Positions 1 to 10,801 are shown, numbered from the stretch's first letter. The stretch is 14,986 nt of DNA from Octopus sinensis (GCF_006345805.1 NW_021825677.1:1-14986); one strand, 5' to 3'. Numbers and translations are program-made. Notes: generated by a model not told the origin, from the letters alone.

Positions 1-15
1 ACATATATGTACATA

Positions 16-82
16 TGTGCATATATGTGTGTGTGTTTGTGTGTGTGTGTGCGTGCGTGCGTGTGTGTGTGTGCGTGCGTGC

Positions 83-115
<33 letters not shown>

Positions 116-346
116 CCTTTATGTTGTCAACAAAATATGATCCGTGTTTGGAAAGGCCTTTTATGCTTAACTTGTTGGGCACTTAATAAAAAAAATAAAA
201 GAGTCATGTAAGGTATGCAGACGCTGGAAGCGAAACCGCAATTTCACACACGCGTGCACACACTCATACAGAGAGAGAGAAGAGAGAGAGAGAGAGAGCG
301 GGAGAGAGAGAGAGCAGGAGAGAGAGAGCGGGAGAGAGAGAGAGAG
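16..346. repeat. Microsatellites (GT)n/(GTGC)n (about 16-108) and (GA)n (about 268-346)
   Basis: Directly visible dinucleotide arrays. Confidence 0.95.
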
Positions 347-974
347 ATACCTACACATGCACACATACATGACCACACTATCTGAATTTTAAATATCTAT
401 TGATTTACACTATAAAACTAGTTTCTATTTTATCTAATCGTTATTACATCATAGTTCTTTTGATATTTTTCTTCAAAAAATCATTCAATATTTTAACCCT
501 GTTACATTCTTATAATATCGAATTTTTATACGGTTATTTTCGCTTATTTGGTTTCCTTTTTTTTAATACTTTGATCTCATTTGGCTTCTCCTCTCCCATT
601 TTGCAAACATTCAAATTTTGATTGTTTTGTAAAATTTGTGTTTGAAATTATTTGTTTAATGCTTCTCCTTTAGCACGACTTTCGATGCAGAGAAACCATT
701 TCAACTAACGGATAATTCTTTTGTCGAATTTATTTCATTTATTATATTATCGTTTTCTGAGGTACGCATTTATTTTAGTTTGTTGTGCGAAATTTCTAAA
801 TCTTCTTCTACGTTTTTGACTAACTTTTTCCTAACGTATTTTGTCCGACGTAAGTTCGAATTTAAATCTAATATAGTTTGGTTGTTGTTTTTTATACGAG
901 AAATTGTTTTTATCACAATATGATTCATTCAAACATTTTCTATTTTTATAGCCATACAATTTCTAAAACACCTC

Positions 975-1350
975 AAACATATACATACATACATGCATAC
1001 ATGCATACGTGCATACATACATACATACATACATACATACATGCATACATGCATACATACATACATGCATACATACATGCATACCTACATACATACATAC
1101 ATACATGCATGCATGCATGCATACATACATACATACATGCATACATGCACACGTGCATACATACATACATACATGCATACATGCATACATGCATACATAC
1201 ATACATACATACTTGCATACATACATACATACATGCATACATACATGCATACATGCATACATGCATACATACATACATACATACATACATGCATGCATGC
1301 ATGCATACATACGTGCAAACATACATGTGTACTTATCAATCAATCAATCA

Positions 1351-1397
<47 letters not shown>

Positions 1398-1616
1398 CTC
1401 CTACCTACCTACATATATACATACCTACATACCTGCCTACCATCTACCTACCTACCTATCTACCTACCTACCTACCTCCCTACCTACCAACATACATGTC
1501 TATCTATCTATATATCTATCCTCCTACCTAGCTACCTACCTACCTAACTACCTACCTATCTACATACCTACTTACCTACCTACCTACCTACCTACCTACC
1601 TACCTACCAACATACA

Positions 1617-1647
<31 letters not shown>

Positions 1648-1661
1648 ATCTATCTATATAA

Positions 1662-1745
<84 letters not shown>
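975..1745. repeat. Compound tetranucleotide array: (CATA/CATG)n, (ATCA)n, (ATCT)n, (ACCT)n, (ATCT)n
   Basis: Directly visible. It explains all long ORF-track entries in this interval. Confidence 0.97.
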
Positions 1746-2179
1746 TCCCTAGTCACTATAATGGCGGCGCGTTTTCGAGCGAGTCGTTTAAATTGTGTAT
1801 GAAATGTGCGTGTATTTTGTTACAAAACAGTCACTCCTTCCTCTCCTTGTTCCCTCCACTGATGCCAATGACGTGCATTGCTTTCCTAATTGACCACCCA
1901 TAGTTCACATTCTTGAACGAGTACTATAAAGAATACTCAAATCGCGGTCTTGATTTCTACAAGGGATACTGTTCACTAGCAAATTCATTATTTGTCATCT
2001 ACTTAGGGGCCTTCCGATGATTCTTCCGATAAAGGTGCCCAGTCAAAATATTATATAAACAGGAAATGACAAATCAGATATTAAAATAAAGATAAAATTT
2101 CGGATTGAAATATGACTAAATAAAAACAAAAATGGAAATAGTAATTGATTATACACAATAGAAACACACAAACCATAAA

Positions 2180-2231
2180 CACGCACATCTCCTTCTTTCT
2201 CTCTTTCTTTCCATTTCTCTTTCTCTGTCTC

Positions 2232-2273
<42 letters not shown>

Positions 2274-2790
2274 AGATGTACAAAAATAGATGAAAAGAAA
2301 ATTTAATAACCAAGAATAGAATAAAAGGTAAATATTTATATAGAAATATATTCATATATATACGTGTTTGTATGTATGGATGTATATCTGTGCGTGTATG
2401 TGTTTGTATGTGCGTTGTGTATATATATATATAATATATATGATATATATATGTATTATTATTATTATTATATATAATATATATATAATATTATATATAT
2501 ACTATATATATATATACATATATATATATACATATATATATATAGATATAATAATATATTATATATACATATATATATATATAATATATATATATGCCTA
2601 TATATCTAATACATATATATATATACATATATATAGCGCAGATCATATATATAATATATAATATTATATATATATTATATATCTATATATATATAATATA
2701 TATATATATATATAGTGAGAGAGAGAGAGTAGGAGTGAGTGATAGATGGATCGATAGATAGATAGTTAGATAGATAAATACATACATACA
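2180..2790. repeat. (CT)-rich, (TA)n, degenerate TA-rich, (GA)n and (GATA)n simple repeats
   Basis: Directly visible, with a short unique spacer at about 2270-2340. Confidence 0.9.
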
Positions 2791-3425
2791 CACATATAAA
2801 TTAATATAAGAATAGGAAACGAAAATAATGTTAAAATTATTATTGATGAAAATAAACGTTATTTTGATGGTATTTGAGGTGTTTTCTAAGAGATTACAAG
2901 AGAGCTTTTTTTCCGTCTTTTTCAAATGTGTGACTTTTTTGTTAATGAGTGTTTTGTATAGAATCGGTCAATTAGTCCATCTGCTGTCTGTACTTGGATG
3001 TTTCTCCCGTCGGCATTTTGCGAGCAGTTCGGTATTTCTACTTGAAACCTTCTAATCTTATTTTGGGGTGTTATGTCTTTTTGGTAGTCAAACTTATCCG
3101 TTGTATCTCTCAATTGATGCTGCATTGTCACTAGGTTATTAATCTATTTTATTCTTTACGTCTTTGTCTTACTGTCTACAATGGTGTCTGTTTTTGGTCC
3201 GTAGAATTCAGTTGTGTTAAAATCAAAATGACGTTTAACCGCCGAACGAAGTAATATTTACGTACTAAGAAGAGGCATTCAAGTTACAGGATATTTCTGC
3301 TGGACATAATATGCTCTGTCTCTATTTTATGTTACCAGCAATGAGCATGCGGCAACTAATCTTCTATTGTCCTGTTTGTGATTGATGAGCATGAAATGTA
3401 TGAATAAATTTAGATGTATATATTT

Positions 3426-3840
3426 ATTTCTTTATTGCCCACAGGAGGCTAAACATAGAGAGGACAAACAAGGACAGACAAAGAGATTAAATCGATTACA
3501 TCAACCCTAGTACGTAACTGGTACTTATTTAATCGACCCCGAAAGGAGTGAAAGGCAAAGTCGACTTCGGCGGAATTTGAACTCAGAACGTAGCGGTAGA
3601 CGAAATACCTATCTCTTTACAACCCACAAGGGGCTAAACACAGAGAGGACAAACAAGGACAGAAAAACGGATTAAGTCGATTATATCGACCCCAGTGCGT
3701 AAGTGGTACTTAATTTATCGACCCCGAAAGGATGAAAGGCAAAGTCGACCTCGGCGGAATTTGAACTCAGAACGTAACGGCAGACGAAATACGGCTACGC
3801 ATTTCACCCGGCGTGCTAACATTTCTGCCAGCTCGCCGCC
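3426..3840 (-). mobile_element. tRNA-derived SINE family A, head-to-tail dimer (full unit 3840-3610 plus 5'-truncated unit 3609-3426)
   Basis: The minus strand starts GGCGGCGAGCTGGCAGAAATGTTAGCACGCC, has a B-box-like GAGTTCAAATTCC, a core GTCGACTTTGCCTTTCATCCTTTCGGGGTCGAT and a tail ending GTGGGCAATAAAGAAATA. Core and tail occur twice. It matches the independent copy at 13290-13718. An 18-bp direct repeat ATTTAGATGTATATATTT lies at 3408-3425 and 3850-3867. Assignment to the octopus OK/OR1/OR2-type SINEs is from memory. Confidence 0.9.
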
Positions 3841-3900
3841 AGTGTATATATTTAGATGTATATATTTGCCAGAACAATAACCCTCGTGCAGTGAAATATG

Positions 3901-4285
3901 TACTCTTTTTTTATTTACTTGTTTCAGTCATTTGACTGCGGCCATGCTGGAGCACCGCCTTTAATCGTGCAAATAGACCCCCAGGACTTATTATTTGTAA
4001 GCCTAGTTCCTATTCTATCGGTCTCTTTTGCCGAACCGCTAAATTACGGCGATGTAAACACACCAGCATCTGTTGTCAAGCGATGTTGGGGGACAAACGC
4101 AGACACTCAAATACATACACACACATACGCACATACATACATATATACATATATACGACGGGCTTCTTTCAGTTTCCGTCTACCAAATCCACTCACAAGG
4201 CTATAGTAGAAGACACTTGGCCAAGGTTCCACTGAATCCTGATCCATTTGGTTCGTAAGCAAGCTACTTACCATACAGCCATTCC
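3901..4285 (-). mobile_element. tRNA-derived SINE family B (CORE-like centre, internal microsatellite)
   Basis: The reverse complement starts GGAATGGCTGTATGGTAAGTAGCTTGCTTACGAACC, contains CCTTGGCCAAGTGTCTTCTACTATAG and ends GGCGGTGCTCCAGCATGGCCGCAGTCAAATGACTGAAACAAGTAAA. It aligns along its length with the plus-strand copy at 5769-6243. Confidence 0.9.
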
Positions 4286-4544
4286 TATATATTTGTTGTT
4301 ATACTTTCTACACCACATTTAGCCTATGTCATCATTCTCATTATATACATAAGCCATAAAATGTCAAGAGGTACGAGAGGTAAGTATATTCATTTAACGA
4401 CTTGTAATTCATAAGACTACGGCCGTTTCACACGACTTACAAATATATATAGCATACAAAAAATTGCACTATTGGGCATTGCACACATTGTACGCAAAAC
4501 ACTTTCAATAGAGTAACCATAAGAGCATCACAGCAAACCACAGC

Positions 4545-4603
4545 ACATACCCAAGGCACAAACCCACACATACACAAACAAACGCACATATATGCATGTA
4601 TCA

Positions 4604-4669
<66 letters not shown>

Positions 4670-5020
4670 ATATATATATGTGTGTGTGTATATATATATA
4701 TGTATATATACTAGGTAGTATATATATATATATACATATATATATATACTTTTATAAATAAGGATAATATCGATATTATCAAGTGGCCAGCATGGGAAAA
4801 ATACCGTACAAAGGTGATAATTTTTTACAACTAAAAATAAGAGCGTCTGAGAGACACCACCATGCCGAAATAGCAGTCAAAACCCTGACTTTAAAAACTA
4901 CGTGGTTCTTAAAGTCAGGGTTTTGACTGCTATTTCGTCATGGTGGTGTCTCTCAGACACCCTTATTTTTAGTTAAATATATATATATATACTAATATAT
5001 ATTACTATATATATATATAT

Positions 5021-5061
<41 letters not shown>

Positions 5062-5080
5062 TATTTATATTTATATATTA
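4545..5080. repeat. (CA)/(TA)n tracts (about 4545-4750 and 4975-5080) flanking the palindrome
   Basis: Directly visible. Confidence 0.9.
4829..4974. repeat. Near-perfect long inverted repeat (66-bp arms, 14-nt spacer); MITE-like or fold-back element
   Basis: Arm 4829-4894 matches the reverse complement of 4909-4974 at 63/66 positions by manual alignment. The spacer AAACTACGTGGTTC is itself nearly self-complementary. Confidence 0.9.
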
Positions 5081-5269
5081 GGTTAAAAACCGCCGTGTCC
5101 TGTGGAGGGCTCTTCATTAAGCTGTGGCCCAACATGAGCTTCATGCATTGGGTACATATCAAATTTCATTAAACTTGAACGATATTTTTCAAGCAATGAC
5201 CAATTTTCATCAAATCAATGTTATAATTTGTCGGCTTGGAACTTATTGGAAAGCTGCATCATAAACCAC

Positions 5270-5590
5270 AGACCCACCACCATCACCACCACATCTGCCT
5301 TACACACACCATTCAGCTTTTTTGAGATGCTAATGTGGTGGCAGCAATAGTATGAGATGTAGTTGTGATAGAAACAGATGCGGTGGTGATGATGGTGGTG
5401 GTGGTAGTAGCCGAAGTGGTCAGGGATGACGGCGAGAGGAAACGATGTGAAAGGCGGTGGTGATGAAGATGGAGGGGGAAGAGGACAGTGGTGATGGTGG
5501 AGGCGGTGAAGTCAAATGCATAGACGGTGGTGGCATCAGAAGACTGAATAGTGTGTGGGAGGCAGATGTGGTGGCGATGGTGGTGGTACT
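5270..5590. repeat. Degenerate (CAC)/(GGT)/(GAT) triplet-rich low-complexity region
   Basis: Runs such as CCACCACCATCACCACC and GGTGGTGATGATGGTGGTGGTGG. Confidence 0.8.
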
Positions 5591-5768
5591 ACGAAAATGA
5601 ATTCAGTGTTCATTCCCTCTTTCTCTCATATACCAACTCTTTCTGTCCCTCATATTATATTCCCACTGTCACCATCAACACTACTGCTTTTGATAGAACA
5701 TCAAGAGCAGAATTGTCACTGAATATTGAGAGAGGGCGTCAAAGTGTGACACACTGACACACAGATAT

Positions 5769-6242
5769 TGTGGCTGTGTGGTAAGTACCTTGCTTACGAA
5801 CCACATGGTTCCGGGTTCAGACCCACTGCGTGGCACCTTGGGCAAATGTCTTCTACTATAGACTCGGGCCGACCATCGTATATATGTATAAATATATATA
5901 AATATATATATATATATATATGTGTGTGTATGTATATATGTATGTATGTATGTATGTATGTAAGTATGTATGTATGTATGTATGTATGTATGTATGTATG
6001 TATGTATGTATGTGTGTGTATATGTTTGTGAGTGTGTGTTTGGACCCCAACATTGCTTGACAACCGATCTTAGTGTGTTTACGTCCTCGTAATTTAGTGG
6101 TTCGGCAAAAGAAACCGATAGAATAAGTACTAGGCTTACAAATAATAAGTCCTGGGGTCGATTTGCTCGACTAAAGGCGGTGCTCCAGCATAGCCACAGT
6201 CAAATGACTGAAACAAGTAAAGAGTAAGAGTAAGAGTAAGAG

Positions 6243-6243
<1 letters not shown>
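5769..6243 (+). mobile_element. tRNA-derived SINE family B with expanded internal (TA)/(TATG) tract and (TAAGAG)n tail
   Basis: A-box-like TGGCTGTGTGG (5771-5781), B-box-like GGTTCAGACCC (5814-5824), CORE-like GGCACCTTGGGCAAATGTCTT. The 3' half is homologous to the copy at 3901-4285, and the tail is AGAGTAAGAGTAAGAGTAAGAGT. Confidence 0.9.
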
Positions 6244-6338
<95 letters not shown>

Positions 6339-6405
6339 CATATGTAAATCTTGTATGTTATGCGTACATAGATACACACATACTCACACATACACATACA
6401 TATAT
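6243..6405. repeat. (TA)n then (CA)-rich microsatellite abutting the SINE B tail
   Basis: Directly visible. Confidence 0.9.
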
Positions 6406-7314
6406 TCAGAAATAGAAGCGGTTATGCACTGCATATGTTTCAAAAATATATTTGATATGAGTTATGTAAGATTAAAACTGCTACATAATTTTACCGTACA
6501 TTTTGCGAAATCATTTGTCGTTGTGAGTCACGTACATATGTGTTGTTTCTATTTGTGAGTGCATATGTGCATGTATAAGTGCGTTAATGCGTTTCTTTGT
6601 ATGCGGGTGTGTGGGTGCGTATAGCTACCCGTAATATACAATCGCAATCATATCTGCTACTTTTCGTTTTCTCTTTACCCTTTCCTTTTTAATTGATCTT
6701 TTTATGATTCACTTTCTCTAATGTATAAACATCTTCCCTAATGCATAAACCTTACTTCCTGTTTTTTTTTCAACTCTTCTAGCGTGACGTCTACCTGACC
6801 GATTATAAGAGCAAAATCATTATATTAATCACCTTAGATGTATATTAACCACATCATAAATTCGACTGTGCAAATAGCAAGATAAACGTCCCAAAATCAC
6901 ATCCCTATCTCGGTAAAGTAAATCGAGATGTGAACAAGTGAATGATCTGCTTCTATTTTGAGTTTTTTTTCCCGGTGACTCCCAATAGCAAATGGTTTTG
7001 CACGATAAAGTTGTTATACCTGAAGATAAAATATATGAGAAAATTATGCAACGGCTTCAATGTTACGTAATACAGATCACATACATTTTTGAATCTTACG
7101 AAGTGCATAACTGCTTCTTCCATTCCATTCTGTCACTCATTTAATTATCGCATACAAAGCAATGTAAGGTGTACAAAAAGTGTATTTGATACTTGGGTTT
7201 ATAAATTTTTTGATCGATTATCATATTCTTCTTGGTTTCGATACAAGCTTGTTTATGCTTGAAACTAACTAACTGTTCTACCATAATCGACTGGATCCCA
7301 CTACATCACATATT

Positions 7315-7375
7315 TGTGTGTGTATGTGTGTGTGTGTGTGTGCATGTGCGCGCACACAGACATTTATATATATGT
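7315..7375. repeat. (GT)n microsatellite
   Basis: Directly visible. Confidence 0.85.
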
Positions 7376-7566
7376 GTGGATGAGTGGACAAAAGAAAGAC
7401 ATTTTCTGTACGTTGTATACATTATCATTTAAAACAGTTTGTTCCGGTCCTTACACCTTAAATTTACGTAGGCTCGTTACAGGAACCTAGCTTCGCCAGG
7501 CGGCGGAATGTGTATAGGTGTATATGTATATATGTGCACCTAGACGGCAATATTAATATCCCTTAA

Positions 7567-7760
7567 GGTTGCGTGTTGGCACTATCGTTAGCACACCAGA
7601 CAAAATGCTTACCGGCATTTCGACCGTCATTACGTTCTGACTTCACATTCCACCGAGGTCGACTTCGACCTTCAATCTTTGGGGCACGATGATGAAATTA
7701 GTACCAGTTAATAACTGGGATCCATGTAATCCCCTGAGGTCACTGGCTTTGTATAAAGAT
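7567..7760 (+). mobile_element. Old, diverged SINE family A copy
   Basis: TATCGTTAGCACACCAGACAAAATGCTTACCGGCATTTCG...TACGTTCTGACTTCACATTCCACCGAGGTCGACTT...AATTAGTACCAGTT follows the family A copies in order, with many substitutions. Confidence 0.75.
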
Positions 7761-8085
7761 ATTGATTTTAGTTTGAACAGTCAGTCATACTAGTTCCTTC
7801 TGACATAAGTTTGCATTTAATATAAACAGCGTAAAAGTAATCTGCTTTCTTTACTGTCCAGCATGGTCAATGTGAGTTTAAATTTAGCTGACATTCTGGT
7901 TATAGTATTTCATGACCATCTTCGCTATTCTTTGTACATTTTCGCTTCCCACAGATGATGCCTTAGTAATTTATCTTTGATACTAGAAAGTTTGGTTTAC
8001 TCAATCCATTCGTATGGAGAACACCTTGAAAAAGGTTATGTAAGAAAGTTTAACTTTGGATCAAAATATTATTATAATTGATTTC

Positions 8086-8430
8086 ATATAAATCGATTCC
8101 ATAAGCAAAGCTTTTACATTTAAAGACTCTAAAACACTTGTACGGTAGAAACACGTGTTGGAATTCAACATACCAAAGTGTTCAAAGGATTTGAACTTAC
8201 ATTCCGATGTCTTTAACAAAGATTAAGTCCGCACGCTAAAGCGTAACTAAAGCATGGCTATAAGATAATATAAATCGATTTGGTATACAGAACTATCACA
8301 TCTAAGGACCCTAAATCCCTTGTACAGTAGAAAAACGTGTTGGAATTTGATATGCTGAAGTGCTCAAATTATTTGAACTTACACATCGTATTCTTTATGA
8401 AGGTATAACTCCGCGTTCTAATGCGTGGCT
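8086..8430. repeat. Diverged tandem duplication, period about 182 bp
   Basis: ATATAAATCGATT occurs at 8086 and 8268. An ungapped 86-nt core aligns at 70/86 (81%) by hand, including the shared CGTGTTGGAATT and ATTTGAACTTACA. Confidence 0.85.
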
Positions 8431-8491
8431 GTAAGAGAAATCCAGGTGAGCTGGTATGGAGATAGTGATGCAGATAAACACCTTTGGGTTT

Positions 8492-8492
8492 G

Positions 8493-8540
<48 letters not shown>

Positions 8541-8575
8541 CATACATACAGCATATATACACACATATAGATATG
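8492..8575. repeat. (TA)n/(CATA) microsatellite
   Basis: Directly visible. Confidence 0.9.
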
Positions 8576-8859
8576 TAAGAATATATAGAGAAACGAAAAT
8601 CGTAAGCATGAACACTTGTGTATAAACATATAGCTATTTTATATATTTACAGAACTAATTTACATGAAGTACAAACAATATATAAAACCAAGAGGAGAAT
8701 GCATGGTATTTCAAGTCCGACATCTGTTTCTGGAGCTCGGAATTACGTAGTAGTTGTAATGTTCATAATTGATGGCTTTTGCAGATACAGTGACAACCAT
8801 TCCTTCCACTCATGTCTGTGTTTGCATATACATATATCTGCACACATACTTCGAGACAT

Positions 8860-9755
8860 ACTTACATGCATCGAGACGGACAAACATACACACACACACA
8901 TACAGACCTGATACATTCCTAATTATCAACCTACGTACATACCTACATACATGCGTACCTACATGCATATATACTTTCATACATACCTACATGCATACAT
9001 ATTTACATACGTACATACTTTCCTACACCACAGACAATCATCCATATACGACTGCCCCTTGTGTTGTCCACGTTTCTAGGTTAGGAACCAACTCTTTTTC
9101 CATTGGTGAAAAATCCGAAAGTGAATCCAGTAAAGCGTACAGACGTACATACATACATACATGCATATATATATACATACATGCATATATACGTACATGC
9201 ATGCTTACATACATAAATTGTACATACATGCATACATACATGCATGCATACATACATACATGCATGCATACATACATGCATGCTTACATACATACATGCA
9301 TACATACATGCATGCTTACATACATATATTGTACATACATGCATACATACATGCATGCTTACATACATTGTACATACATGCATACATACATGCATGCTTA
9401 CATATATACATGCTTACATACATACATTGTACATACATGCATACATGCATGCTAACATACATACATACATTATAATACATACATACATACATACATGCAT
9501 GCATGCATACATACATACATACATACATGCATGCATACATACATACATACATACATACACACATACATACATACATACATACATACATGCATACATTCAT
9601 ACATACATACATACATACATACATACATACATGCATACATACATACATGCTCATACATACATACATCATACATACATACATACATAAATATCTACATACA
9701 TACATACATACATACATACTACATACACACACACATACATACACATACACATACA
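8860..9755. repeat. Large (CATA/CATG)n array with a unique island at about 9030-9145
   Basis: Directly visible. It explains the ORF-track entries between 8769 and 9863. Confidence 0.95.
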
Positions 9756-10189
9756 TTCCTGACATATTCCAATACTTGTTTCTGGGGTTACAAACCGGCA
9801 TTCACATCGAAGCATGTTGTTTTGAAACCAAGCCCTTTTTCGAACGGGGAACAATTTGAATAATAAATCGGAATAACATACATTTTTACATCTCTGTATA
9901 ATTATTAAACTGAATATATGTATTGATATAAAAATAGTAAATTTCTAAGAATAAAATTACTTCTCTCGAATTACCGCTTTTCGAAATATGTGTGTGTTAG
10001 CCATTGGAAATATGTATAGACATCAACTTGGATTCTTTGGAAGATAAATAATTGTATGTTCTATGATTTCTTTCATAGAATTTCTGAATGATGAAGTTCC
10101 TGTTGAGGTAGGAGAGCATCAGTCATAAATCGCTCGTGTGTCCAGCAGGTATATGTAACCTTTTATAAATTTCAATTATAAAGGAATGG

Positions 10190-10600
10190 AACGGAATAAG
10201 TAACTGCATGGGAATGGAGTTGAGATGGGCGGCGGTGGTGGTGAGGGGGGTTCAGTGTAGGGGATGGTTGTGGGTATGGGAATGGGATGAGAATGGCAAT
10301 GGGATTGGAATGACAGTGAGTGGTGGTGGTGGTGGTGGTGATGGCGGCGGTGGTGGTGGTGGTTGTGTGGTGGGTAGGAGGAGGTAAAATGTTTAAAGTG
10401 AAATGAAATAAAATGAGATGAAATAAGCGTTGAACGTTGCATGCTGAGTTCTTTTCGATCACCAACGGTATGTAGGACTGAACAGATAGCAGATTTCTCC
10501 ACTAGCAAAGGAAACGAAAAGATGGAAGAGAAGAAAAGAGAAGAAAAGAAAGAAAGAAAGAAGGAAAGAAAGAAGGAAGGAAAGAAAGAATGCGAAGGAG
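10190..10600. repeat. (GGT)n/(GGAAT)-like and (GAAA)n purine-rich simple repeats
   Basis: Directly visible at about 10190-10385 and 10510-10600. Confidence 0.85.
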
Positions 10601-10739
10601 GAAATGAATCATTGGATGAAAGCGAAATTGAAGTTGTCTTTGAAAAAACAAAAATCTAAGAACGTTGTATATGTGACATCTAGATATATGAACTTAAAAT
10701 ATTGCAGAGAGGCGATCTTCTTTATATACTTCTCGCACT

Positions 10740-10760
10740 CTACTACTACTGCTACTACTG

Positions 10761-10801
<41 letters not shown>

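Noticed and set aside
878-1752. Long ORFs of 84-247 aa (MHTYIH.../MYVCM...) and similar ones at 8769-9863, 10604-11342 and 13698-14348
   Set aside because: They are translations of CATA, TATG, ATCT and triplet microsatellites that lack stop codons by composition.
1831-1923. Possible minus-strand terminal exon (TTCTTTATAG acceptor, YSFKNVNYGWSIRKAMHVIGISGGNKERKE*)
   Set aside because: Only 30 codons with no recognisable homology; such acceptor-plus-short-ORF combinations are common by chance.
2998-3036. NTELLAKCRREKH loosely like the C-terminus of Penelope GIY-YIG proteins
   Set aside because: A single short match with no upstream GIY-YIG or RT motif.
2850-3260. Weak Hsp90 middle-domain-like words (AVKRHF, FD...NKIRRF...NC, GLID), plus RKKLVK at about 830-860 and YGWS at about 1890-1900
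   Set aside because: Found only after I was primed by the 12.5-13.3 kb match. Hand scores are at chance level, large gaps are needed, and the pieces are not colinear with the C-terminal block. The same HMM search would settle it.
4400-4445. GAAACGGCCGTAGTC on the minus strand, like the 3' half of a hammerhead
   Set aside because: No CTGANGA at a suitable distance upstream on that strand.
5155-5225. CAAATTTCAT...AATTTTCATCAAATC resembling a Helitron/DINE-type internal motif
   Set aside because: Short AT-rich similarity only, with no terminal hairpin or defined ends.
5769-5830. tRNA-like A and B boxes (also at 13290-13380 and 3750-3840)
   Set aside because: These are SINE heads; I see no complete cloverleaf, so they are not called tRNA genes.
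6783-6848. Acceptor followed by RDVYLTDYKSKIIILI, faintly like an NHL repeat
   Set aside because: Stop after 21 codons, no convincing donor, and no further repeats.
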